From assembly GCF_009914755.1 (NCBI RefSeq), contig NC_060929.1: a stretch of 64,000 bases of DNA; one strand, 5' to 3'. Each line of letters opens with the position of its first letter. The stretch's first letter is position 1. Below the pieces are notes generated by a model, which ran no database searches, was not told the DNA's origin, and was given only the letters and a program-made list of their open reading frames with translations. Position numbers and translations under genes: made by a program. Source of the DNA: the human T2T-CHM13v2.0 reference genome, Homo sapiens. Positions 1 to 12,106 of the stretch are shown here, one piece after another.

Positions 1-170
<170 letters not shown>

Positions 171-654
171 TTACTGAAAGAAAAGGTACTATTGTGCAAG
201 GAACAGGTCTGAGGATTATTTGTCCTGGTTGACAGAAAAAAAATGTATGTTGGCTTTGTTACTCCAGTACTTTGGTTTTAAGCATCTATTTAAAAAATTA
301 TAGAAGTTAAATAAATATTTGGAAGGATCTTGCTTTTTTCTTATTATTTTAATTGTTTATAACTATAAACTTAGAAGCATTTTAATCACAGTGTTTCTAC
401 ATGTACTATTTGTAATATTTGTAGTACTGCTTACTATTTCAATTTATTTCAGATTGTGAGACTAACTTGGCAGTATGTAAAATAAAAATCACTCTTTTAC
501 TGAAACCTAAACCTACCAATTGAATTTGTTGTTGTCGTTTTTTTTAAAGAATAAAAAGGGGGTAACAATGTCGAACTTTATCTGAGCCCTGTGCTTCCAC
601 TATATTCTGTTCTAAGAAATGGCAAACCTAAAAAGGCCACTCTATTGCCCTTAC

Positions 655-2415
655 ATAATCCAAGATAAGAGTCACCTGTACCCTTCCTCAATGACTCAGA
701 TGAAACAAACCTACACTTCCTCAGGGACTCATAGGGCATATTTCCATCCTTTGTCAGTGACTCAGATGGTACCCATCTCCATCATTTGCAGGAGCTCAGA
801 TAGAACTCATCTCTACCCTTTATCAACCACTCAGATGGGACCTATTTCCATCCTTCCTCAGTGACAGATGGAACACAACTCCATCTTTTTTAAATGACTC
901 AGATAGGACACATTTCCAACCTTCCTCAACGTCTAAGCTAGGACCCATCTCCATGTTTCCTCAGTGATTCAAATAGGACCCATTTCTATTGTTCCTCCAT
1001 GACTGAGATAGTATTCATTTCCGCCCTTCCCCTAGGACCCGATAGGACTCATCTTCACCCTTACTCAATGACATAGAGAGAGCCCATCTCCACAGTTCCT
1101 CAGTGACTAAGATAGAACCTATCTCCATCCTTCTTCAATGAATCAGAAGTAACAGACTCAATCCTTCCTCAGTGATTCAATTGGGACCTATCTTCATCAT
1201 TTCTCAGTGACTAAGATATTACCCATCTCTATTCTTTTGCAGTGTCATAGATAGAAGCCAACTCCACCCTTTCTTGAAGACTCAGATAGGACCCATTTTC
1301 ACTCGTTCTCAGTGACTCAGATAGAACTTATCTTCACATTTCTTTCATGACTCAGATACGATCTATCTTCATTTTTTCCTTAGTGGCTCAGATATAACCC
1401 ATCTTTATTATATTTCAAAGACTCATATGGCACAAATCTTCACCCTTCCTCAGTGACTCAGATGGAACCTATCTCCATTCTTCCTCAGTCACTCCAGTAG
1501 GACTCATCTCCATTCTTTCTCAATAAAACAGATAGGATCCATCTCTACCTTTCCTCTATGGCTCACATAAGACCTATTTCCATTTTTCCTCAGTAACTCA
1601 GATAAGACCCATATCTATTCTTCCTCAATGACTCAGGTAGGAATCATCTTCACCCTACCTGAATGACTGAGATGAGATCCATTTCCATCCTTCCTCAGTG
1701 ACTCAGATAGAAACAATTTCACTCTTCCTCATTGACTCAGATGGGACCCTTCTGTCTTTCCTCAGTGACTCAGATTGGACCTATTTCCATCCTTCCTCAG
1801 TGACATATAAGACACTACTCCAGTCTTCTTCAGTGACCCAGATAGGACATGGTCCTATTTTTCCTTAGGGGCTTATATAGAACCAATATGGGCTCAAGAA
1901 ATCCTCCCACCTCAGCCTCTCAAGTAGCTGGGACTACAGGTGTGTGCCACCACACCTGGCTATTTTTTAATTTTTATTTTTAGTAGAGATGAGGTCTCGC
2001 TATGTTACCCAGGCTGGTCTCAAACTCCTGGGCTCAAGAAATCCTCCTGCTTTGACCCCCAAAGTGCTGGGATTACAGGCATAAGCCATCTCACCCAGCC
2101 TGAGACCCACCTTTGTCCTTCCTCAATATCTTGGAGAGGACCCATCTTCATTCTTCCTCAGTAGCTCCAACAATAGGACGAATCTCCAACATTAATCACG
2201 ACTCACAGAGGACCCGTTTTCATCCTTCTTTACTCAGATAGGACCAATAACTTTTCTTTCTCATGTATAAGATAGGACCCATGTAAACCCTTCCTCAGTG
2301 ACTCAGATAGGACCCATCTCCATCCCTTTTTAATGACTGATATATAACCTATCTCCATTCTTTCTCAGTTGACTGAGGTCAGACTCATCTCCATCCTTCT
2401 TCATGACCCTCATTA
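655..2415. repeat. Degenerate 35-bp minisatellite, consensus ~GACTCAGATAGGACCCATCTCCATCCTTCCTCAGT, roughly 40-45 units
   Basis: Periodicity is read directly: TGACTCA starts at 1313/1348 (35 bp apart), 1629/1699 (70 bp apart), 1733 and 1766. Interrupted by an Alu fragment. Confidence 0.93.
1889..2100 (-). mobile_element. AluJ-like fragment lacking its 3' end and poly(A), inside the minisatellite
   Basis: CTCCTGGGCTCAAG (J-type), CCAAAGTGCTGGGATTACAGGC, A-rich linker. No T-run at the left boundary. Confidence 0.92.
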
Positions 2416-4469
2416 ACTAACTGATGACTTCCTTGTTTATCTGCCTTCATAAAATCCCTGCCACCCATCACCACCACCTTTTTAGATATTTCTCATTATG
2501 GAACATTCTTACTATTGCAACAGCCTAAACAAATTTATTTATTTAATTGTCCTGTGCATTTTGTCTCTTTCAGGGGCCATCATCTCTTTGATACACCTTT
2601 ATTATTCTGGAGGATTCCAGGATATTTACACCTCCATTCTGATTATTATCAAATGTATGAAAGGATGCAAAACAAATTCTGTTTGTGACTTCAACAGCAG
2701 CAGCATTAGTATAAAAAATATTCAGATCTTCCCCTCTTCCCCAGTCTCATACCCTGCTAGTAAGTTATAATGGATTAGACTTATTCGAGCAAACCAAGAT
2801 AACAATGCAGAACAGTTTTCTATTTATAGAATAAGGACCACTTTCTTTTATTTAAAGCAAATCAATTGGGACATAATTCAAGTTTCAGAAACCTTTTCTT
2901 TCAGTGTATCTGAAGTGTAGTTTTAAGGCAATTCTTTTGATGGGCTATGTTTGAACAACAGACAGGATTTCTTAAAGCCAAACTAATCCCTTTAATTCTT
3001 TTGGTTGACTAAGGGAGCCTGTGAAAGTTTTTCCAAGAAGGAAAATTTAGAAATATCTACATGGTCTGTATTTACTTGATCCTTTTTCCATGTCAATTTA
3101 ATTCTGTTCCTTCTTCTAGGAGCTCCCAAAAGCCCAAAATTGCATTTGTTGAGTGATTTCTTTTTTGAGAAAGGTTTTTCTTGATATGATAGGATCAACT
3201 TCACTGGGATTATTTCCAATTCTAATTGTTTTTCTGCATTATTAGAATAATATAAACTTATATGAATCTGTTTCCATTTTAAGCAATAGATGATAGATAG
3301 ATAAATAGATAAGAATATGGTTAATAGTAAAATATTTTACTTTTATTAATACTGGTCTGCGTATACCATGTTGAAATCTTGTATTTCTGAGAGACAAAGT
3401 GCTATGCATTTATTCTAGGTTTTTGTTATGAATTTCTGTTCATTTACAATTGCCATACAGATCAACTTCAGCCTTCAAAGGGTAATTTTTTGGGACCAAT
3501 CTTTTAAATTTGTGATAATGAGTAAGAGAGAAACATTTTTCAGGAACCTAAATCTAGAACTGTTTAGCATCTTACCCCCTGAGGTCCTCATTTACTGTTT
3601 TCAGCTGAAGCTGAACTGATCTAATACATTTATTTTATAAATTATCAATGTCATTTCTGTCCTCAGAAAAGTTCTTAGGTAGCATTGTCTTAGATGTGAC
3701 ATTCTCCTTCTTGGAGAGACTCTCCCTGAAGACTTGAGACTTTCAGAAAAAGGCTTCATCTCTTACATCCATAGAAATTTACATTATTTTGACCAGAACT
3801 ATGTCAAGTTCTATTTTGTTCCAATTTAGACTTTGGACCTCTCACATAAGAATTGTCAGTCCTTGCTGAGAGTCCCCTCCGTCTGTGAGTTCGTGGTACC
3901 ACTCATTGCTAACCACATTCAATAACAGACTTTTTATTTGTAGCCCAGGTTTATTACCACCCAGCTGTTTATTTTTCAGTCTAATTTGATCCCAGTGGCA
4001 CACCCTCACTGGAAGCCTTGTCCGCCACTATTGAACCCTTGTTAAATGACAAAGATGTACATACAATGGATCTAAGTGACCTGAAGTATCTTCCACTTGG
4101 AACTTTCTGTGCTTCTTTTTGACTTTCTTCAGTGTCTCTATACCTTGAAGCTTTGCACTACTCATGTTTGTGCCTTACTTCTGAGTTTTTAGGAGGCATC
4201 TTAGTATGTTAACTATTCTATACAACACGCATTTGTATTTCCTTGATTTTTACATTTATAATCTCTAACTGAGATGAAAACTTTACCAATTAGGGATGTG
4301 CTGATGGGTTCCTGAACATGACATACTCAAGTTCTGCTGTAATAATATTTCTTAGAAACGTATCAGGAGGAAACTTCAGTTACCATCAGCTATAAACTAA
4401 TGTGAAACAAGTTTCTCATGCAGTGGAGTCCTCAACAATTGTGTGTTCTCATCTGTGAACTATTAAAGG

Positions 4470-4690
4470 ATAATAATAGCAGCTAACGATTACTGAGCAC
4501 TTACAAAGGCACTATGTACTACATTGTCATGTTTGAATTCTGCTACAGCCCTACGAACCAGACATTATTATCCTCATTTGACACATAAGGAAACTAAGGA
4601 TCAGTTCGTTACATAACATGCCGATGGCTACCCAGAAGCTGTGGGACTCAAATATGGAATCTGGCTGATACCAAGTCCATTCTCTTAATG
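4470..4690 (-). mobile_element. MIR SINE
   Basis: AATAATAGCAGCTAAC...ATTATCCTCATTTGACACATAAGGAAACTAAGG MIR core. Confidence 0.8.
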
Positions 4691-5416
4691 TCATATTCTT
4701 CAAAAGAATATAGCAAAGGTGAATATTTCAGCTTGTGCATATACAAATAAATCCCCAGTCAGTGTTTACCGTGATGCCTGGTACAAGCAGTTACCAAAGG
4801 ACTGAGAATTAATTGAAATACAACTGGACTAGATTATAAAACCCTCTAACTGCTGTGGGAGGTTCATTCTCACAATAAACATTGAAACTGTAGTCTGTTA
4901 CTCTAATCGCTACCTTAGAATATGCTCAGGTCTTTAGATTGCAACTGTTGTCATCTAAACGTTCCTCATAGAATTTGCTGCAATTAAGTTTTTTGTTACC
5001 TGGAATTGGAAACTAGGGTATGCCTTCCCCTTGTACCATTGACCGGCCCCTGAGCTAACACATTCTATCTACCCAAAAAGTGTTGGCCATTTTCTCCAGA
5101 ATCAGTATATTGAAGCACTACTTTAAGCTTTTTCAGCATCAAGTCCTGTTTCTCTGCGTCAGGCAAGTCTACTGTCTAATTGGATCTGTGCAATTCTATA
5201 GTGTTACCTTTATACCTTAAGCTCTGCCTGTTTTAGGTCAGCAACCCTCAATCATTAATTAGAGCTTCAGACCTAAAAAAAACTCCCGTAGAATCTCTCA
5301 AACCACTTGATTAGCTTATAACTCCCAGCTCTGACCTGGACTGCCTCAAGTTTCCAACAATCTGAAGTTCTTGCCACCACCCCCACACCACTGCACCTCC
5401 TGCCCCAATAACCTAA

Positions 5417-5784
5417 TGTCTTAGTTCATTCTGGCTGCTATAACAGAATACCATAAACTGGGTGGCTCATAAACAAGAGAAATTTATATCTCACAGTTCT
5501 AGAGGCTGGGAAGTCCAAGATCAAGATGATAACAGATTTGCTGTCTAGTGAAGGCCTGTTTCCTGGTTCATAGATGGTGACTTCTTGCTGTGTCCTCACA
5601 CAATGAAAGAGACTAGTTAGCTCTCTGCAGTCTGTCTTTATAAGACCACCAGTCTCAATCATACAAGTCCACCCTCATCATTTAATCACCACTCAAAAAG
5701 CCTCGGCTCCTAATAACATCACCTGGAGGGGTAGGATTTCAATATATAAATTTTGGGGGATATACAAACATTCAGACCATAGCA
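5417..5784 (-). mobile_element. MLT1A/MLT1A0-like MaLR solo LTR
   Basis: TGTCTTAGTTCATT...AACATTCAGACCATAGCA, with perfect 5-bp TSD CCTAA (5412-5416, 5785-5789). Confidence 0.92.
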
Positions 5785-8700
5785 CCTAATAACTCTTTCT
5801 GTGGGTTTTTGTTTTATGTATTTGCTTTCTTTTCTGCCCTCCTGAGCTTTGTATCCATACTAAAAGCCTTTAGTTCTTTTAAGGATGACCCAAGGCAAAA
5901 ATACACAAGTAAATGAAATATATCACTTCCATGGATGGGTTATGTATTGCACAAATAGTTTCATTATAGCCTAAGTGCCTAGCAGAGTTCCTGACATATA
6001 CTAAACATTTGAAAAATTTTGAAAAGTAAATGAATAAATACCAGATTTCTATCCAATAATAATCCTATCTATTTTAAATGCAGAGGAATGGAGCACAGTT
6101 TGATACAGTCAGCAATGGTCAACTTTGGTGTTATTTCAATGTATTACCGAGATTTTTCTTCCCCTTTCTTTCTATTGGTGTTGACAAAATTTTTGAAAAC
6201 TTAAAATACACATCTTCTCTTTTACTTGTTAATGTCTGAAATGTCCTTATATCAGATATGGCTACAAATAATATTCCATTATTGTATATGTACCACATTT
6301 TCTTTATTCATCTGTTGATGGAAACCTAGGTTGATTCAATATTTTGGTATTGTGAACAGTGCTGCAATAAACATGGGTGTGCAGATATCTCTTCCATATA
6401 CTGATTTCATTTCTTTTGGCTATATATCCAGCAGTGGGATTGTTGAATCATATCTGTGGTTTTTTGATGAACCTCAACAACTATTTTTCTTAATGGCTGT
6501 ACTAGATTACATTCCCATCAACAATGTATGAGAATTCCCCATTCTCTGCATCCTTACCAGCATTTATTATTTTTTGTATTTTTGATAACAGCCATTCCAG
6601 TGAAGGTAGGATGATGTTTAATTGTGGTTTTGATTTTCTCTTCCCTGATGATTTGTGGTGTTGAGCATTTTTTTTCCCCTATGCTTATTGGCCATTTATA
6701 TGTCTTCTTTGGAGAAACGTCTATTCAAATATTTTGCCTAATTTTAAATCAGATTATTTATATATTTGCTATTGAGTTGTTTGAGTTATATATTCTGGTT
6801 ATTAATCCCTTGTCAGATGGAGAAATTCAACTATCTTCTACAATTACGTAGGCTGTATCTTCATTTCATAGTTTGTTTCCTTGCTGTGCAGAAGATTTTT
6901 ATTTTTATATAATCCCGTTTATTTATTTTTGCTTTTGTTGCTTATGCATTTGAGGTCTTACCTAAAACCCTTTGCCCAGACCAATGTCCTGAAGCATTTC
7001 ACCAATACTTTTTAAAGTATTAGTTTCACAGTTTCAGGTCTTATATTTAAGTCTTTAATCTATTTAAAATTGATTTTTATATACATCGAATGACGAGAAT
7101 CTAGTTTCATTCTTCTGTATGTGGATATCCATTTTTCCCAGCACCATATATTGAAGAGACTGTCCTTTACACAATGTATGTTCTTAGTGCCTTTGTTGAA
7201 GATCAGTTGGCTGTAGATATGAAACAGCATAGAAAAACCATTAATGAACGGGTTCACTGGTCTCATTGGTTTATGTGTCTGTTTTTATGCCAATACTACA
7301 CTCTTTTGGTTACTATAGCTTTGTAGTGTATTTTAAAATCAGGTGGTGTGCTGCCTTCAGCTTTGTTCTTTATGCTCAGGAATGCTTTGACTCTTTGGGC
7401 TCTTTCGTGGTTCCATACGAAAGTTAGAATTGTCTTTCTGTTTCTGTGAAGTTATTGACATTTTGATAGGAATTGCATTGAATCTTTAGACTGCTTTGAG
7501 TAGTATAGACATTTTAACAATAATATTTTTTCTGATCCTTGAGCAGGAGATATTTTTTCATTTTTTGTGTTCCCTTAAATTTCTTACATCAGTGTGTTAA
7601 TAGTTTTCCTTGTAGAACTCTTTACTACCTTGGTTAAATTTATTTCTAGGTATTTTGGGGGGTAGCTATGGTAAACAAGATTGCCTTCCTGATTCCTTTT
7701 TCAGTGATTGCTGTTAATGTGTATAAAGGGTAGTAAGTTTTGCATGTTTATTTTGTACCTTGCCACTTAAATAAATTGGTTTATCTGTTCTAAGAGTTTT
7801 TTTTGTGAAGTCTTTCAGTTTTTCTAAATATAGGACCATGTCACCTGCAAGCAATGATAATTTGCCATCTTTCTTTTCCATTTGGACACCTTTCATTTCT
7901 CTTTTGTCTAATTCCTCTGCCTAGAACTTTCAGTACTATGTTGAAAAAAAAGTGGTAAAAGTGGATATCTGTGTTTTCTTCCAGTCTTAGCAGAAAGGCT
8001 TTTAATTTTTCCTCATTTAGTATATTAACTGTGGGTTTGTCATACATGGCCTTTATCATGTTGAAATATCTATCCCCAGTTTGTTGAAAGTTTTATCATG
8101 AAGGGATGTTAAATTTTTTCAAATGCTTTTTCAGCATCTATTGAAATAATTCTCTTGTTTTTGTTTTTGATTCTGTTGATTTGATGTGTCACGTTTATTG
8201 ATTTACATATATTGAACCATCCTTCCATCACTGGGATGAATCTCACTTGATCATGGTGAATCATCTATTTAATGTGTTGTTAAATTTGATTTGTTAGTAT
8301 TTTATTGTAAATTTTTGCATCTCTGTTCATTGGGGATATTAAGCTGTAGTTTTCTTTTTTTGTTGTGTCCTTGTCTAGTTTTGGCCTCAGCGTAATACTG
8401 GCTGCATAGAATGAGTTAGGGAAAATTCCTTCATTTTCAATTTTTGAACTAGTTGAAGAGGATTGGCATCAGTTGTTTTTTAAATGTTTGGCAGACTTCA
8501 GGAGCTAATTTATCAGGTCCTGGGCTTTTCTTTGATGGGAGACTTTTTTTTACTGCTTTGATCTCATTACTTCTTATTGGTTTGTTCAGGTTTTCTATTT
8601 CTTCATGGTTCAATCTTGAGTAGGTTGTATGCACTCAGGAATTTATTTGCTTTTTCTGGTTATTCCAACTAGTTATTGTATAATTGTTCACAGTAGTCGC

Positions 8701-9026
8701 TAATGATTCCTTGTATTTCTGTAGTATGAGTTGTATTTTTTTCATCTTTTATTCTATTTATTTGGTTTTTCTCTCTTTTTTCTTAGTTAATTTAGCCAAA
8801 AGTTTGCTAATATTTTTTACATTTTTAAAGAATCAACTGTTTGTTTTATTGATCTTGGTACTTTTTTTAAGTCTCAAGTTTATTTATTCTGCTCTGATCT
8901 TTATTATTTATTTTCTTCTAATAATTTGGGTTTGGTTTGTTCTTCCTTCTCTAGTTCCTTGAGATACATTGTTTGGTTGTTTATCTGAAGTCTTTCTATT
9001 TTTAAAGTAGGTATTTATTGCTATAA

Positions 9027-9446
<420 letters not shown>

Positions 9447-10186
9447 TAATTTCTTCATTGACTCATTGGTTATTCCGAAGCATATTGTTCAATTTCCATG
9501 TATTTGTAGTTTCCAAAATTTGTCTTCTTATTGATTTCTAGTTTTTTTTTTTTTCCGTTGGAGTCACCAAAGATACTGGATATAATTTCAACTTTTAAAA
9601 ATTTGTTGAGATTTGTTTTGTGGCCTAACATATGGTCTATTCTGAAAAACATTCTATGTGTTGATGAGCAAATTTGTATTCTGCAGCTGTTGGAGGGAAT
9701 ATTCTGTAATAGTTTGTTAGGCCCATTTGGTCTAGGTTAGTTTAACTAACTTTAACTCCAGTGTTTGCTGATTTTCTGAAAGTGAGGTATTGATATCCTC
9801 TATTATTATTATTATCTCACAGTCTTTCTCCTTAGATCTATTAATATTTGCTTCATATATTTTGGTGCTTTGGTGTTGGATGTATATATTATAATATCTT
9901 CTCGATGAGTGAACCCCTTTGTCATTATATAATGGCCTTCTTCATCTCCTGCTAAAATTTTTGACTTAACATGTATTTTATCTGATATGAGTAAGTGACC
10001 CTTACTCTTTTTTGGTTTCCATTTTCATGAAATATCTTTTTCCATCTATTCAGTTTCAGTCCATCTATAGCTTCATAGGCAAAGTGAGTTTCTTGTAGGG
10101 AGCATTTAATTTGGTCTTGTTTCTTAATCCATTCATCCACTGCATCTTTTTTAATTGAAGAATTTAGTCTATTTACATACATATTA

Positions 10187-10422
10187 TTATTGATAGGTAA
10201 GAACTTACTATTGCCATTTTGTTGCCTTCTTTTTTAGTTGTTTTGTAACTGTTCTCTTTCGTTTTTTCCATTTCTTACTGTCTCCCTTTCTGGTTAAGTG
10301 ATTTTATTGATAGGTAAGAACTTACTATTGCCATTTTGTTACCTTCTTTTTTAGTTGTTTTGTAACTGTTGTCTTTCATTTTTTCCACTTCTTACTGTCT
10401 CCCTTTCTGGTTAAGTGATTTT
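10187..10422. repeat. Head-to-tail duplication of ~117 bp of L1 sequence
   Basis: TTATTGATAGGTAAGAACTTAC...GGTTAAGTGATTTT begins at 10187 and again at 10304. About 4 mismatches by eye. Confidence 0.95.
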
Positions 10423-11027
10423 CTTATGGGATTCCTGGGTAAAAATGTAGCTCTGTTCTTAAGTTCTTTAAGAAATCTCCAAATTTCTTTCCACAGGGGC
10501 TGAACTAATTTATATTCACAATAGCAGTCCATAAATGTTCCCTATTTTCTGCAACCTTGCCAACATCTGTTATTTTTAAACTTTTTACTAATAGTCACTC
10601 CGACTGGCATAAGATGGTATCTCATTGTGGTTTTGAAGCATTTACCTAAATGATTCGTGATATTGAGCATTTTTTTTCATATGTTTCTTGGACCCATTTT
10701 TTTTTTTTTTTTTTTAGTGAGCTGTCTGTACATATCCTTTGCTCAGCTTTTCAATAGGATTGTTTGTTTGGGGCTTGTTGATTTGTTTAAGTTCCTTATT
10801 TGTACTCAATATTAGACCTTTGGTGGATGCATAGTTTGGAAATTTTTTCTCACATTTTGTAGGTTGTCTGTTTATTCTGTTGATAGTTTCCTTTGCTCTG
10901 CAGAAGCTCTTAAGTTTAATTAGGTACCACTTATCAGTTTTTGTTTTTATTGTAATTGCTTTGGGAGTCTTCATCACAAAGTTTTTGCCAGGGCCGATGT
11001 CCAGAATAATATTTCCTAGGTTTATTC

Positions 11028-11661
11028 TGTCGGGGAAAAGCTGAGTGTTGGGAAAAAGGCTGAGGCAGGGCTTGCATGTCTGACATAATGTAAAAGAGTC
11101 TTGGAACATGTCCGGGGTCCAGGGTCTAAAACCCCTCATGGCCTTTGGAACATCAAGCTCTGTGCCAAAGGGTGGAAGGTTGCCCTGCCACACCGCAATC
11201 TAAGCCCAGGGCATAAAATCCCTCGTGGCTTGGATGGAATCCAGGGCTCAGGGCATAAAACCCCTCATGGCCTCTGGAATGTGTATAGACTTGCTGGCTC
11301 CTTGCTTCTAGCACTCCCAGGTTCATAAAACGATTGTATCTTAAACTAGAAGAACATGTTTCCCATTATCTCAAGTAGCAGAACGTGCTCCCTATGCTCC
11401 AAAGAAAATGCTGAAATGACACAGCTGTAGATCATGCGCTTGATACACTGCTTTCTTTCAACCCCCACATCCTCACCACCTGCTTCTTTATTTGATCACC
11501 AATAAATAGTGTGGCTTCCAGAGCTTGGGGTCTTTACAGCCTCCATACTAGTGTTGGCCCCCTGGTCCCACTTTTACTCTTACCTTGTCTTTTCTCATTC
11601 CTTTGACTCCGCTGGACTTCATAGCCCCCATGGCCTGGTGTTGGGTCTGATCACCCCAACA
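11028..11661 (+). mobile_element. LTR14B-like (HERV-K HML-1 group) solo LTR
   Basis: TGTCGGGGAAAAGCTGAGTGTTGGG...GATCACCCCAACA, AATAAA at 11501, internal AAACCCCTCATGGCC repeats, 6-bp TSD TTATTC/TTCTTC. Confidence 0.85.
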
Positions 11662-12106
11662 TTCTTCTAGGGTTTTTATAGTTTTAGACTTTACATTTAA
11701 GTCTTTAATTCATCTTGAGTTTTTTTTTTTTTTTTTTTTTTTTTGCACACAGTGAAAGGAAGGGGTCAAGTTTCAATCTTCTGCTTATGGCTAGCCAGTA
11801 ATCCCAGTAGTTTTTAAATAGAGTCCTTTAATCTTTTTGTCAGCATTATCAAAGATCATATGGTTGTAGGTATGTGGCTTTAGTTCTGAGTTCTAATATT
11901 TACCACTGGTCTATGTGTCTATTTTTTCACCAGTTCCATACTGTTGTAGTTACTGTAGCCTTGTAGTAGTGGGTAATGTGATGCCTCCATCTTTGTTCCT
12001 TCTTCTTAGAATTGTTTTGGCTATTCAGCCTTTTTTTTTTGTTTCCAAATGAATTTTAGAATAGTTTTTCTAATTTGGTTTAAAAAACTATTGGTAGTTT
12101 GATACG

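Larger units (their letters stand above)
569..2572 (+). mobile_element. ERV1-class LTR (MER90/MER110-like) with an internally expanded tandem array
   Basis: Starts TGTCGAACTTTATCTGAGCCCTGTGCT and ends ...TATTGCAACAGCCTAAACAAA...TTGTCTCTTTCA (TG...CA termini). Preceded by a purine tract AAAAAGGGGG resembling a polypurine tract (PPT). Family assigned from recalled consensus ends. Confidence 0.65.

Noticed and set aside
619-864. 81-aa repetitive ORF
   Set aside because: It is a translation of the minisatellite; most units carry TGA/TAG in some frame and no long frame is maintained.
655-2415. CRISPR-like array
   Set aside because: Whole 35-bp units are homologous, with no unique spacers. The context is primate DNA with no cas genes.
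11100-11285. Three AAACCCCTC(A/G)TGGC..TGGA repeats
   Set aside because: These appear intrinsic to the LTR14B-type U3.
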